Shown here: piece by piece, positions 16,478 through 24,000 of the stretch
How positions within the stretch are numbered: position 1 is the stretch's first letter
Layout of the letters: each line of letters starts with the position of its first letter
Source of the DNA: Candidatus Thorarchaeota archaeon
Lineage (GTDB): Archaea > Asgardarchaeota > Thorarchaeia > Thorarchaeales > Thorarchaeaceae
Assembly (NCBI GenBank): GCA_016840685.1
Contig: JAEORX010000017.1
Span: 7,387-31,386, forward strand
Length of the DNA stretch: 24,000 nt
Direction: 5' to 3'
Translations under genes and position numbers: made by a program
Notes under the pieces: model-generated
Databases searched by the model: none
Told to the model about the DNA's origin: nothing
The model's input: only the letters and a program-made list of their open reading frames with translations

Positions 16478-17659
16478 TGATTCTATTAGTTCTGCAAGCT
16501 CTCCTTCCTTTTTGTCAATTTTCTTCTTGAGACTCTTTATCTGAGCATCCAGCTTGGCCACCTGCTCAGTATAAGCCTCTTCTGGCATCGCACCAGAGCT
16601 GTGTCTTGATTCGATGTGTTTTCGAAGTTCCTCTACTGACTTCATCTCTTTCTTGAGTGCTTTGAGATCCGATTCAATTGTTGCACTCTTGCTCTCGTCA
16701 GCTGTCTTAAACTGCTTTGCTGGGATCATGACACCCAATTGCTGCTGCGTCTTCTCTGCGAAGTCTTGGAACTGGTTTCGTAACATCTCGATGTTGTTGT
16801 CAACATTGGACACCTGTTCTTTAACTTTGGAGATATCTTTCTGTAGGTCAAATACTGCATTGACCAGTCGCTTCAATGTTTTCTCAAATTCTGCAGTTGC
16901 AAGGGCATCCTCGACAGAGATGTCCTCACCCTCTCTCCTCTCATCTTTCTCCTGTCGCTTTGCGACTGCACTAGGCTTAGCCATCTGCATCTCTCCAATC
17001 AACCATTTGAATGCATTCAATGCGAATTTTGCATTACCTTTGTGTTTTAGTCCCCCACCTTTTCTGAAGATCTCATAGCTACCAATACACATCGCCCGTC
17101 CTTTTTCAGGCTCTGCAATCGCAATGACTGCCGCTTTACTTGGTTCTGCTGTTTCCGAGGTCACTGCAAGAGCCATGGCTTTCCCTGTAACTCTAAGGCT
17201 GCAGGCCGAAGGAATTAGAAGGTCTGAAACATCCTCTGTTACAGGATGCGCTACAATATCGGTTATGATTGGCATTGTTGGTAGGCCTGCATTACTACGT
17301 TCATCCTTCACCGCAGTGTTCTCAAATGTAATTCCAAACTCACCAGCAATCTTTGACATGTTATTCATGAGTCCTCGATCGCCACCTGAGAGTGAGAGAA
17401 GCATCAGTCCTCCTCCATTCTTAACATATTTTTGCAGGACTTCTATCTCCGCTGGCCTAACTTTGGAGCTGTTTGGACAACCAAAGACTATGACATCAGC
17501 GTCTTTGAGATTCTTTGCCAGAATCATGAACTCTGTGTATGCTTCCACATCGTACTCATTATCCCGGAGCATTTGTCCAAGCTCAGAATATGTACTCTCC
17601 AATCTACCTCGTTCATTTTGGGTCTGATCGAAGAGGATCTTCTTTCTCCTTCCGCTCAA
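16472..17659 (-). CDS. Cytosolic GIFT-domain (IFT52/GldG N-terminal-like) protein with C-terminal coiled coil
   Basis: TTG start. Residues about 7-215 show the GIFT pattern: KILFDQ..., DVIVFGCPNSSKVRPAEIEVLQKYVKNGGGLMLLSLSGGD, AGEFGITFENTAVKD, AMCIGSYEIF...GNAKFALNAFKWL. The C-terminal part (about 160 aa) is K/E/Q-rich and heptad-like. No TM segment or signal peptide. Confidence 0.7.
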   Translation of the reverse strand: MSGRRKKILFDQTQNERGRLESTYSELGQMLRDNEYDVEAYTEFMILAKNLKDADVIVFGCPNSSKVRPAEIEVLQKYVKNGGGLMLLSLSGGDRGLMNNMSKIAGEFGITFENTAVKDERSNAGLPTMPIITDIVAHPVTEDVSDLLIPSACSLRVTGKAMALAVTSETAEPSKAAVIAIAEPEKGRAMCIGSYEIFRKGGGLKHKGNAKFALNAFKWLIGEMQMAKPSAVAKRQEKDERREGEDISVEDALATAEFEKTLKRLVNAVFDLQKDISKVKEQVSNVDNNIEMLRNQFQDFAEKTQQQLGVMIPAKQFKTADESKSATIESDLKALKKEMKSVEELRKHIESRHSSGAMPEEAYTEQVAKLDAQIKSLKKKIDKKEGELAELIESS

Positions 17660-17745
17660 ATGGATACACCAATGACAACCGTTTGATACCCACTCACGAC
17701 GGATGCGTTAATAGTACTTCCGTAGACGTGCTCACACATTCGAAC

Positions 17746-17753
17746 ATTTTATC
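17746..17753 (+). promoter_or_regulatory. TATA-box-like element for HIT gene
   Basis: ATTTTATC is centred about 28 nt upstream of ATG 17778, consistent with a leaderless transcript starting at that ATG. The in-frame ATGs at 17757 and 17769 would lie upstream of the predicted TSS. Confidence 0.4.
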
Positions 17754-17777
17754 TCAATGCTATGTAAGATGGAAAAT

Positions 17778-18206
17778 ATGAGCGAGGAGAACTGTATTTT
17801 CTGCAAGATTATCAGAGGTGAGATTCCCTCATCTGTGATTTTTGAGGATGAACACTGTCTGGCTTTCATGGATGTGTTTCCAATCGCAGCAGGTCATTGC
17901 CTACTAATCCCGAGGAAACACTACGAGAACATGTTTGATGTAGATGCTGATATTGTTGCACATCTTGCGAAGAGACTAAGGGATCTAACAAGGCAAGTAC
18001 GAAATGCTACAGGTGCGGAGGGAGTCCTGAACATTGCAGCAAATGGTGCTGGAGCTGGACAGGATGTTCCTCATCTACACTTCCATGCGATTCCGCGAAA
18101 TAAGGAATCATCATTTGGATTCAAGTTTCCTCCAGATTATCGGGACTCGATGGCTCCGAGGGAAGAACTTGATGAGATGGCAGAAAGGATTCGTAAGGCA
18201 GTCTAA
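17778..18206 (+). CDS. HIT-family (histidine triad, HINT-like) nucleotide hydrolase
   Basis: N-terminal CIFCKII. Histidine triad HLHFHAIP. PIAAGHCLLIPRKH core. The start is placed at the third in-frame ATG on the TATA spacing argument; the ORF itself opens at 17757. Confidence 0.85.
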   Translation: MSEENCIFCKIIRGEIPSSVIFEDEHCLAFMDVFPIAAGHCLLIPRKHYENMFDVDADIVAHLAKRLRDLTRQVRNATGAEGVLNIAANGAGAGQDVPHLHFHAIPRNKESSFGFKFPPDYRDSMAPREELDEMAERIRKAV

Positions 18207-18637
18207 TCGATGTGGAGAAGATTTAGACCGGTAATATCCTCTCGTTTCCTGATTAGTTCAATCTCTGTTTCGATGAATACTAGTTCAATTGTAACGGAGA
18301 CCTCACAACCAACCTGAAGGTGTCCTCCCCAGCACTTCCCGGTTTCATCTGCCACAATCATATGGGCATGGACAACCAGGTTATCTTCATGAGTGGAGAT
18401 ATTACCAATGCAGGACACCACTTCGACATCTTCGTCAACTGTGAAGCTTCTATATTGACCTGTTTTCCTATGGAAATAACCGAGCTTAGCCTTCGAAACA
18501 GCTCCTATCAGACTCAGCTGGCCTGAACGAACACCATGTTCCTTAGCAACCTTCTCAATTGTTTCCAGCACATCCTCACCAGGTTCCATCCTGGCAAAGA
18601 TTATTCTCTTTATTTTTGTCTGAATTGAGCGCACCAT
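18203..18637 (-). CDS. PPC/DUF296 domain protein
   Basis: IIFARMEPGEDVLETIEKVAKEHGVRSGQLSLIGAVSKAKLGYF...HAHMIVADETGKCWGGHL matches the PPC (DUF296) pattern. ATG 18637 is preferred, giving MVRSIQTKIKRIIFARMEPGED; ATG 18688 is the alternative. The 3' end overlaps the HIT gene by 4 nt (convergent). Confidence 0.75.
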   Translation of the reverse strand: MVRSIQTKIKRIIFARMEPGEDVLETIEKVAKEHGVRSGQLSLIGAVSKAKLGYFHRKTGQYRSFTVDEDVEVVSCIGNISTHEDNLVVHAHMIVADETGKCWGGHLQVGCEVSVTIELVFIETEIELIRKREDITGLNLLHID

Positions 18638-18739
18638 ATCCCTTCTGAATGTGGAACAGGTTAATGAAGGACTCGCATGGATGGCCATAATAGGAAGTGC
18701 TTATCAGGGGTAGTTCACCCATCTAAGCTGTGAAGTACA

Positions 18740-21538
18740 TTGTCCAAGGATGAGCGTTCAGAAAGTGATGACCAACCCTCTCTCGAGGATTATTTCATAC
18801 ACGTTGAACCACCCTCAGAGGAACGCGAATCAGATGAATTGTCATCTAACAGCGTTGGCAATCCCTCGAGAAGAGGTAATCCTACCTCCCCCAATGAGGA
18901 TAATGATACAACCGACACTGACATCGACGATGAGGAGGACACTCCCATAGAGGTCTCGGTCGGAGAGGCCGAAACCCCAGACAATCTCTCTCCATCTTTC
19001 CTCTTGTCAATTGACTACTCAGGAGCTCACAATAAGGCTCTCGCCCGGCTTTATAATCCCAGTACTAAGAGAGTATATTTCTGGTTCGACAACACGGGTC
19101 ACAAACCCTATTGCTATACGGACTGGCCTCCCCAGGCTGTTGAATCTTCAGCGAGAAAAAGTGCAGGATTCCTTCGGGCTGAAACTGTTGAGCTGCATGA
19201 TCTCCTGAAGGACGAGCCAGTTAAGATGACGAAGGTCATAGGTGATAACCCCCTCGCAATCGGAGGATCAGCCACATCTATCAGGAATGTACTGGTAGAC
19301 AAGAACAACATCAGCCACGCTTGGGAGGCTGCAATACGCTATCAGCTGTGCTATACCTATGACAGCAAGCTAGTTCCAGGTCTTATGTACAAGATTGAAG
19401 ATGGAAATCTTATAGCGTGTCCACCAGACGTGGATGTAAAGACACTTGATGAATTCAAGCATACTATTCAGGATAAGGAAGGTTTCGAGTCTATTATCAA
19501 AGAGTATTCTCCAATGTTTTTCACAGAGGTTCCTGATATCAGACGCTTGGCTGTTGATATTGAGGTCTATAGTCCTGTGGTGAACAGAGTTCCAGACCCT
19601 CGCAATGCAGACTATCAGGTAACAGCAATTGGTCTGTCAGATAACGAGGGGTACAACAAGTGCTTTGTTTTGAAGCGTAAGGGACATCCTGAGGGGAAAA
19701 AAGGGAAAGACTTTCCGAAAGAACTTGAGATGGAATACTTTGAAGATGAGGCTGAGATGCTTGTGGAAGCATTCAGGATAATGGATCAGTATCCTATTGT
19801 CCTTACTTTTGTTGGTGATACCTTCGACTTGAAATATCTACACAACCGTGCAAAACGTTTGAAGATAGACATGGACAAATACTGTCCTATAAAACTCAGA
19901 GGGAATCAAGACCCACGAAGAGAACGTGCAATCCTTAACCGTGGAGTCCATGTGGACTTCTACAAGTTCTTTACCAACCCCTCAATCAAGATATATGCAC
20001 TCTCTGGGGCATACCAGCGAGAGAATCTTGAGACAATTGCACAGGGTTTACTAGGAATTGGAAAACTTGAACTGAGTGACAACATCTCTGAGTTACCATA
20101 TTATGAGCTTGCTCACTACTGCTGGCTAGATGCAAACATAGTCCTACAATTCACACAATATGAGGATAATCTACTCCTACGTCTAATTGTTTTGTTGATG
20201 CGTATCTCTCGAATGTCCATGGGTGATGTAACAAGATTCTATATCTCATCATGGATTCAATCTGTGTTTAGGCAGGAGCATAGGTCTCGGAACTTTCTGA
20301 TTCCAAGGCGCGTAGACATTGACAGCATGAAGCAAGCTGACGCACAGACTGAGGCTGTTATCGGTGGGAAGGCATTCAAAGGCGCGATAGTGATTGAGCC
20401 TGTTGCGGGTGTTCACTTCAACGCTACAGTACTTGACTTTGCAAGTCTATATCCAACCATCATGAAAACCCATAATATAAGCTATGAAACCGTGGATTGT
20501 CCTCACGAGGTTTGTCAGACTGGAAAAGACAACCAAGTACCTGAAACAGACCATTGGACATGCACATTGAAGCGTGGCATGATTAGCGAAACGATTGGTT
20601 TCTTCAGAGACACACGAGTGAAATGGTTCAAACCAAAGAGCAAGGATAAGAAACTTGATCAGAACACTCGAAACTGGTACTCGGTTGTGGAGAAAGCCCT
20701 CAAGGTATTCGTCAATGCATCATATGGTGTGACCGGGGCACAACACTTTGAGCTCTTCTGTATGCCTGCAGCTGAGAGTGTGACAGCGTATGGTAGAGAT
20801 GCAATCATCAGGACCAAGGCAAAAGCTGAATCAATGGGCATTCGTGTTTTGTATGGGGACACAGACTCGGTGTTTCTTGACAATCCTTCGGAGGAACAAC
20901 AGGAACAACTTGTCCGCTGGTCCAGAACAGAACTCGGAATCGATCTTGAGGTTGAGAAGACCTACAAGTATGTAGCCTTGTCTGACCGTAAGAAGAACTA
21001 CATAGGTGTCTACAAGGATGGTGGAGTAGAAGTCAAAGGACTCACAGGAAAGAAGCGTAACACACCTGATTTTGCTCAGGAAGCGTTCCGAAATATGCTG
21101 GATGTACTGAGTAGGGTTAATGACCCTGAGGGATTCGAGATCGCAAAAGAGGAGATACGTGAGATAGTCAACACAGTCATCGACAGGTTGGAAGGAAAAG
21201 CTAAACCTTACAACCCTGAAGAGTTGGCATTCAGAATTCAGATGACAAAACCCCTTCACTCATATGATACAGACATACCTCATGTTAGAGCCGCTAGGAT
21301 GCTTGTTGAGAAGACTCAGGACCCGACAAAAGCACTTCCTGGTACCATTGTGGCATATATTAAGACCAAAGGTCAAGAGACCGTCTTGCCAGTTGAGCTA
21401 GCCAAGGGTGTGAGCTACTGGATTGATAAGGACGCATACATTGATATTTTGAAGAGCGTGTTTGAACAGGTTCTCGATTCAGTTGGTCTTGACTTTGATG
21501 AGTTTCTTGGATTCACCACCCTTGACCAGTTCTTCTGA
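18740..21538 (+). CDS. polB: Family B DNA polymerase with intact 3'-5' exonuclease motifs and an acidic N-terminal extension
   Basis: Exo I AVDIEVYS, Exo II GDTFDLKYL, Exo III YCWLDANIV. Motif A DFASLYPTIM, motif B KVFVNASYGV, motif C YGDTDS (20852-20869). No intein-sized insertion. TTG start follows an in-frame TGA at 18731. Confidence 0.9.
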   Translation: MSKDERSESDDQPSLEDYFIHVEPPSEERESDELSSNSVGNPSRRGNPTSPNEDNDTTDTDIDDEEDTPIEVSVGEAETPDNLSPSFLLSIDYSGAHNKALARLYNPSTKRVYFWFDNTGHKPYCYTDWPPQAVESSARKSAGFLRAETVELHDLLKDEPVKMTKVIGDNPLAIGGSATSIRNVLVDKNNISHAWEAAIRYQLCYTYDSKLVPGLMYKIEDGNLIACPPDVDVKTLDEFKHTIQDKEGFESIIKEYSPMFFTEVPDIRRLAVDIEVYSPVVNRVPDPRNADYQVTAIGLSDNEGYNKCFVLKRKGHPEGKKGKDFPKELEMEYFEDEAEMLVEAFRIMDQYPIVLTFVGDTFDLKYLHNRAKRLKIDMDKYCPIKLRGNQDPRRERAILNRGVHVDFYKFFTNPSIKIYALSGAYQRENLETIAQGLLGIGKLELSDNISELPYYELAHYCWLDANIVLQFTQYEDNLLLRLIVLLMRISRMSMGDVTRFYISSWIQSVFRQEHRSRNFLIPRRVDIDSMKQADAQTEAVIGGKAFKGAIVIEPVAGVHFNATVLDFASLYPTIMKTHNISYETVDCPHEVCQTGKDNQVPETDHWTCTLKRGMISETIGFFRDTRVKWFKPKSKDKKLDQNTRNWYSVVEKALKVFVNASYGVTGAQHFELFCMPAAESVTAYGRDAIIRTKAKAESMGIRVLYGDTDSVFLDNPSEEQQEQLVRWSRTELGIDLEVEKTYKYVALSDRKKNYIGVYKDGGVEVKGLTGKKRNTPDFAQEAFRNMLDVLSRVNDPEGFEIAKEEIREIVNTVIDRLEGKAKPYNPEELAFRIQMTKPLHSYDTDIPHVRAARMLVEKTQDPTKALPGTIVAYIKTKGQETVLPVELAKGVSYWIDKDAYIDILKSVFEQVLDSVGLDFDEFLGFTTLDQFF

Positions 21539-21562
21539 CACAAGATACAAAAAAGGGTCTGA

Positions 21563-21577
21563 ATAAGAAATTCTTAT
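21563..21577. repeat. 15-nt palindrome downstream of polB
   Basis: ATAAGAA-A-TTCTTAT has perfect 7-nt arms around one central base. It lies 25 nt after the polB stop and about 70 nt upstream of ATG 21648. Confidence 0.5.
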
Positions 21578-21647
21578 AGCGGTGACATGATACACGCAAG
21601 ACGACCGAGAGCCCTCCTCACACCGAGTTCGACGGGGTACACAGATA

Positions 21648-22682
21648 ATGAAAATAAATTATCGCGAGTTCTTCATGCAGAAAATGCTGATAATGTTCAA
21701 ACCTGAAGATATAGAAACATCTGCGAAAGAATTCATTTCTACATATGCTTCCTATATGGAAGACGTCGGAATCGTGGGGAAAGGTCCTGATGGCTATGCA
21801 CTCTATCCCAGTAAGACAGCTCCTGTCAGAGAAGAGCACACCGATTTCTTCGCTGAGTGGGTTCAGCTCAATGATGCACTTAGTATCCATGGTGTTGTTG
21901 GGATGGACTTCTACACGGACGGATGGTTTGCTCGTGATCCCAAGTACCAGACTATGAATGACAAGGCTGTCAAGATGGAGCATCAAATATGCCCGAATCG
22001 CGAGGAGTTCTGGCAATATGGAGCAGAGATTGTGAAGGAGATTGGGTCCTATCCAATCAATGAGATCCTTCTTTTTGGAACTGGGTTTATTCGTGATCAC
22101 TTCTGCTTTTGTGAGCGCTGCAGGAAAGAGTTTGCACCACTTATCAACCAAGAACCGGGGCGCCTTAGCTATGCTTTGCTTCAAGAGAATGAAGAGTATC
22201 ATGAGAAATGGCATCAGTTTAGGAGTGACAAAGTGCATGAGGGTCTCCAATACCTTCAAGATGCTGCAATCAAGTCGGATGAAATTACTGGCAGAGAACA
22301 TCCATTGAAGCTCTCAGTTGAAGTATTACTCGATCCAGAAACCGGTTTCGCTGAAGGCGCCCGGAATGAGTACGGTTACGACTATGCTAGAATTGGTGAG
22401 ATCACGAAGAACGTGCTCATTAACCTGTATCCATGGTCCCCGATTCTTCCGTCTAAGGGAAGTTCTGAGTATAGTGAACTCGTCGAATCGCTCTACTTTG
22501 TCAATGAGTTCACTCGGCGTGGAGGGCGAGCATCCCTCTTCCGCTGGGGTGTTACAACCATAGAGCAGCTTCAAGAGCTGAAAGCTCTTGGGAAGGATGT
22601 GGGTATCAACAGAATTGTTAGTACCTTTCATTATCCGTCTGACTATTCGAGAAGACGTGAGAGTGCTATTGGGAATTATTAG
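21648..22682 (+). CDS. Hypothetical protein, possible glycoside-hydrolase-like (GHL10/GHL15-type) TIM barrel
   Basis: The segment CPNREEFWQYGAEIVKEIGSYPINEILLFGTGFIRDHFCFCERCRKEF resembles the GHL-family block ending in CxCxxCxxxF. No signal peptide. This strand is chosen over the antisense 227-aa ORF on amino-acid composition. Confidence 0.5.
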   Translation: MKINYREFFMQKMLIMFKPEDIETSAKEFISTYASYMEDVGIVGKGPDGYALYPSKTAPVREEHTDFFAEWVQLNDALSIHGVVGMDFYTDGWFARDPKYQTMNDKAVKMEHQICPNREEFWQYGAEIVKEIGSYPINEILLFGTGFIRDHFCFCERCRKEFAPLINQEPGRLSYALLQENEEYHEKWHQFRSDKVHEGLQYLQDAAIKSDEITGREHPLKLSVEVLLDPETGFAEGARNEYGYDYARIGEITKNVLINLYPWSPILPSKGSSEYSELVESLYFVNEFTRRGGRASLFRWGVTTIEQLQELKALGKDVGINRIVSTFHYPSDYSRRRESAIGNY

Positions 22683-22685
22683 TCT

Positions 22686-23516
22686 TCATTGTCTTGCACT
22701 ACAATAGGGACAAACTCGGTTTCCAGCACGAATGCTTCGTCCACAAGAGAAGCAGAATCTATATCCCTCATCATCCTCTCGAGAATTGTCGATGAATGGA
22801 CTGAGCTCTCCTTGAGAGAACAATGTACCAATGCCGTCAATTGATTCATCTAGTTGAGTGTTGCAGACTCTGCAGTCCTCCTTGTCATGGATGCGACTAT
22901 CTCCCTGATAGCAATGTGTTTCAGATGGTCGTATTGACTCAGTTCTCTCATCATGCCAAGGACCGGATCTGTCATTATATTGAGAAGTAATCGATTGCAT
23001 TGCATGGTCAAGCGACTCGAAGTCTTGTCGGTAATTGTCAGAACCATAACCTGGGTCGGTTGCAGGACGATTTGCCTGTCTTTCACTTGGAGCCTGTTTC
23101 TGCCAACTTGGGTCTAAATTCGAGAGTCCCCTTGCTGTTTCAATAAACCTGACATGGGCGTCGCTCTTTAGTTGCTCATATTCATCCAGTGTCAGTCCGA
23201 GGATTTCCAGTGCTCTATCTCGTTCGGCACATCTCTTTGATAATGGACAGCAATATGCCAGACTGCCATGGCATAGGGAGGCCATGGCTCTGTCTTGGCG
23301 TGATTTGAAAATTGGCGTAATTCTTCTGTTACCCAGTATAAGCGAATCGCCAACAGATCTCATTTCAGAGTATCCACTCTGCGCAAGTGCCTCGACTATT
23401 TCTCGAGCAGGGTATGCACGACCTTCAATGATTATATGTCCCTCTGTCCTATCAAGTCTCACAGGTCGTTCTTCGTTCTTATTCCCATCATAACTAGAAT
23501 ATCTCGTTTCTGCCAC
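22686..23516 (-). CDS. Cysteine-rich hypothetical protein with C-terminal zinc ribbon
   Basis: GTG start. CHGSLAYCCPLSKRC cluster. Polar, probably disordered middle region. CRVC...CFSCGRSIRAGNRVCPYC zinc-ribbon-like C-terminus. Confidence 0.6.
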   Translation of the reverse strand: MAETRYSSYDGNKNEERPVRLDRTEGHIIIEGRAYPAREIVEALAQSGYSEMRSVGDSLILGNRRITPIFKSRQDRAMASLCHGSLAYCCPLSKRCAERDRALEILGLTLDEYEQLKSDAHVRFIETARGLSNLDPSWQKQAPSERQANRPATDPGYGSDNYRQDFESLDHAMQSITSQYNDRSGPWHDERTESIRPSETHCYQGDSRIHDKEDCRVCNTQLDESIDGIGTLFSQGELSPFIDNSREDDEGYRFCFSCGRSIRAGNRVCPYCSARQ

Positions 23517-23601
23517 CTCTCGGAATAGCGTCTAAATATCATACACTCATGGCCTCCGAGCAATACAGGTGTATGTATTATCTGGGTCTGACACGGGATA
23601 G

Positions 23602-23609
23602 TTATATAC
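23602..23609 (+). promoter_or_regulatory. TATA-box-like element for terminal membrane-protein ORF
   Basis: TTATATAC lies about 53 nt upstream of ATG 23659. GGAGG at 23644-23648 sits in the predicted short leader. Confidence 0.4.
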
Positions 23610-23658
23610 TAGCATCTCCTCGAGACACCTTAGAGGTTCTCACGGAGGACATAAAGAG

Positions 23659-24000
23659 ATGGGTTGCAAAGCTGAAGGTGCTGCACAAGGTTACACTGTC
23701 TTGGGTGGACTTGTACTTCTTGTATATGCACTTGAACGAATCTATGCTGGCCTGCTTGGTCCTGGACCAGGGACGTTGGAAGGGGTAATAGAGATACTGC
23801 TTGCGATTGTGATCATTGTAATGGTGGCGCTTTCATTTGATGCGTGCGGGTTCATCTCGTGGAAAGTTCAGAAGTCTGGAGCGCTCCTAAGTCTTTTTGG
23901 GATAATCATAATCTTGATTGTGTCATATCCTGCAATCACTTTTGATCCAATAGCGTGGCTTAGAAGTCTCTATACACTTGCAGGTTTGATGATTCTTTTA
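23659..24000 (+). CDS. Membrane protein, 3'-truncated by window end (not in supplied ORF track)
   Basis: My own translation in frame 1: MGCKAEGAAQGYTVLGGLVLLVYALERIYAGLLGPGPGTLEGVIEILLAIVIIVMVALSFDACGFISWKVQKSGALLSLFGIIIILIVSYPAITFDPIAWLRSLYTLAGLMILL. It shows at least 3 TM-like segments and no stop before base 24000. GGAGG lies 10 nt upstream of the ATG, and an in-frame TAG is at 23599. Confidence 0.5.
   Translation, partial: MGCKAEGAAQGYTVLGGLVLLVYALERIYAGLLGPGPGTLEGVIEILLAIVIIVMVALSFDACGFISWKVQKSGALLSLFGIIIILIVSYPAITFDPIAWLRSLYTLAGLMILL

Noticed and set aside
16474-16543. C/D-box sRNA-like elements (ATGATGA at 16474-16480, CTGA at 16540-16543)
   Set aside because: There are no credible internal D'/C' boxes and no terminal stem. 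The region lies entirely inside two coding sequences, and the ATGATGA is explained by the overlapping stop codons.
16614-17627. Two long plus-strand ORFs (154 and 167 aa) antisense to the GIFT/coiled-coil gene
   Set aside because: They are Ser/Leu/Cys/Phe-rich translations, as expected opposite a K/E-rich coiled-coil gene. They show no start context or motifs.
18638-18688. Longer form of the PPC/DUF296 protein starting at ATG 18688
   Set aside because: The extra 17 residues (MAIHASPSLTCSTFRRD) have no counterpart in the PPC-domain pattern, and the internal ATG 18637 gives a typical N-terminus. The longer form is kept only as an alternative.
21595-21640. tRNA T-loop-like GTTCGA (21627-21632) in the polB downstream spacer
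   Set aside because: Only a 3-bp flanking stem is present. No complementary acceptor stem or anticodon arm can be drawn from the surrounding sequence.
21618-22301. 227-aa minus-strand ORF overlapping the 344-aa plus-strand ORF
   Set aside because: Its L/S/C/F-rich composition has no recognisable motif and is typical of an antisense shadow. The plus-strand product has ordinary composition and a GHL-like motif block.
23549-23788. 79-aa ORF listed in the track
   Set aside because: It overlaps a better-supported frame-1 membrane-protein ORF, and the TATA-like box and SD for that ORF lie inside it. Its composition is unconvincing.
1-24000. CRISPR arrays, IS elements or transposases, integrases, rRNA or tRNA genes
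   Set aside because: By-eye scanning of intergenic regions and ORF translations showed no direct-repeat or spacer periodicity, no terminal inverted repeats flanking a transposase-like ORF, and no structured-RNA signatures. All intergenic gaps are at most about 240 nt.

Overview
Archaeal chromosomal segment, densely coding: 18 CDS, with tiny or overlapping gaps and several TTG/GTG starts. I saw no rRNA, tRNA, CRISPR array or mobile element. All calls rest on by-eye motif reading of the supplied translations; no searches were run.

Gene content, left to right:
- arcS plus its radical-SAM partner RaSEA (archaeosine tRNA modification).
- A small acidic orphan protein.
- A minus-strand pair: a leaderless-looking 594-aa protein built from about 5 DUF11/CARDB-like beta-sandwich modules, and an MBL-fold protein whose metal-binding motifs are degenerate.
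- A co-directional nurA-herA-mre11-rad50 double-strand-break repair operon.
- Two tandem paralogous polytopic GT-C (PIG-M/DUF2029-like) membrane glycosyltransferases directly downstream.
- A cytosolic GIFT-domain (IFT52/GldG-like) protein with a coiled-coil tail.
- A HIT hydrolase and a PPC/DUF296 protein.
- A family-B DNA polymerase with an acidic low-complexity N-terminal extension.
- A GHL-type TIM-barrel-like protein and a cysteine-rich zinc-ribbon orphan.
- A 3'-truncated membrane protein ORF that is absent from the ORF track.

Most noteworthy:
- The IFT52-like GIFT/coiled-coil protein.
- The duplicated PIG-M-like GT-C pair appended to the repair operon.
- The cytosolic multi-DUF11 protein paired with the degenerate MBL protein.
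- The acidic extension on PolB.

I found no clear-cut novel multi-gene system.
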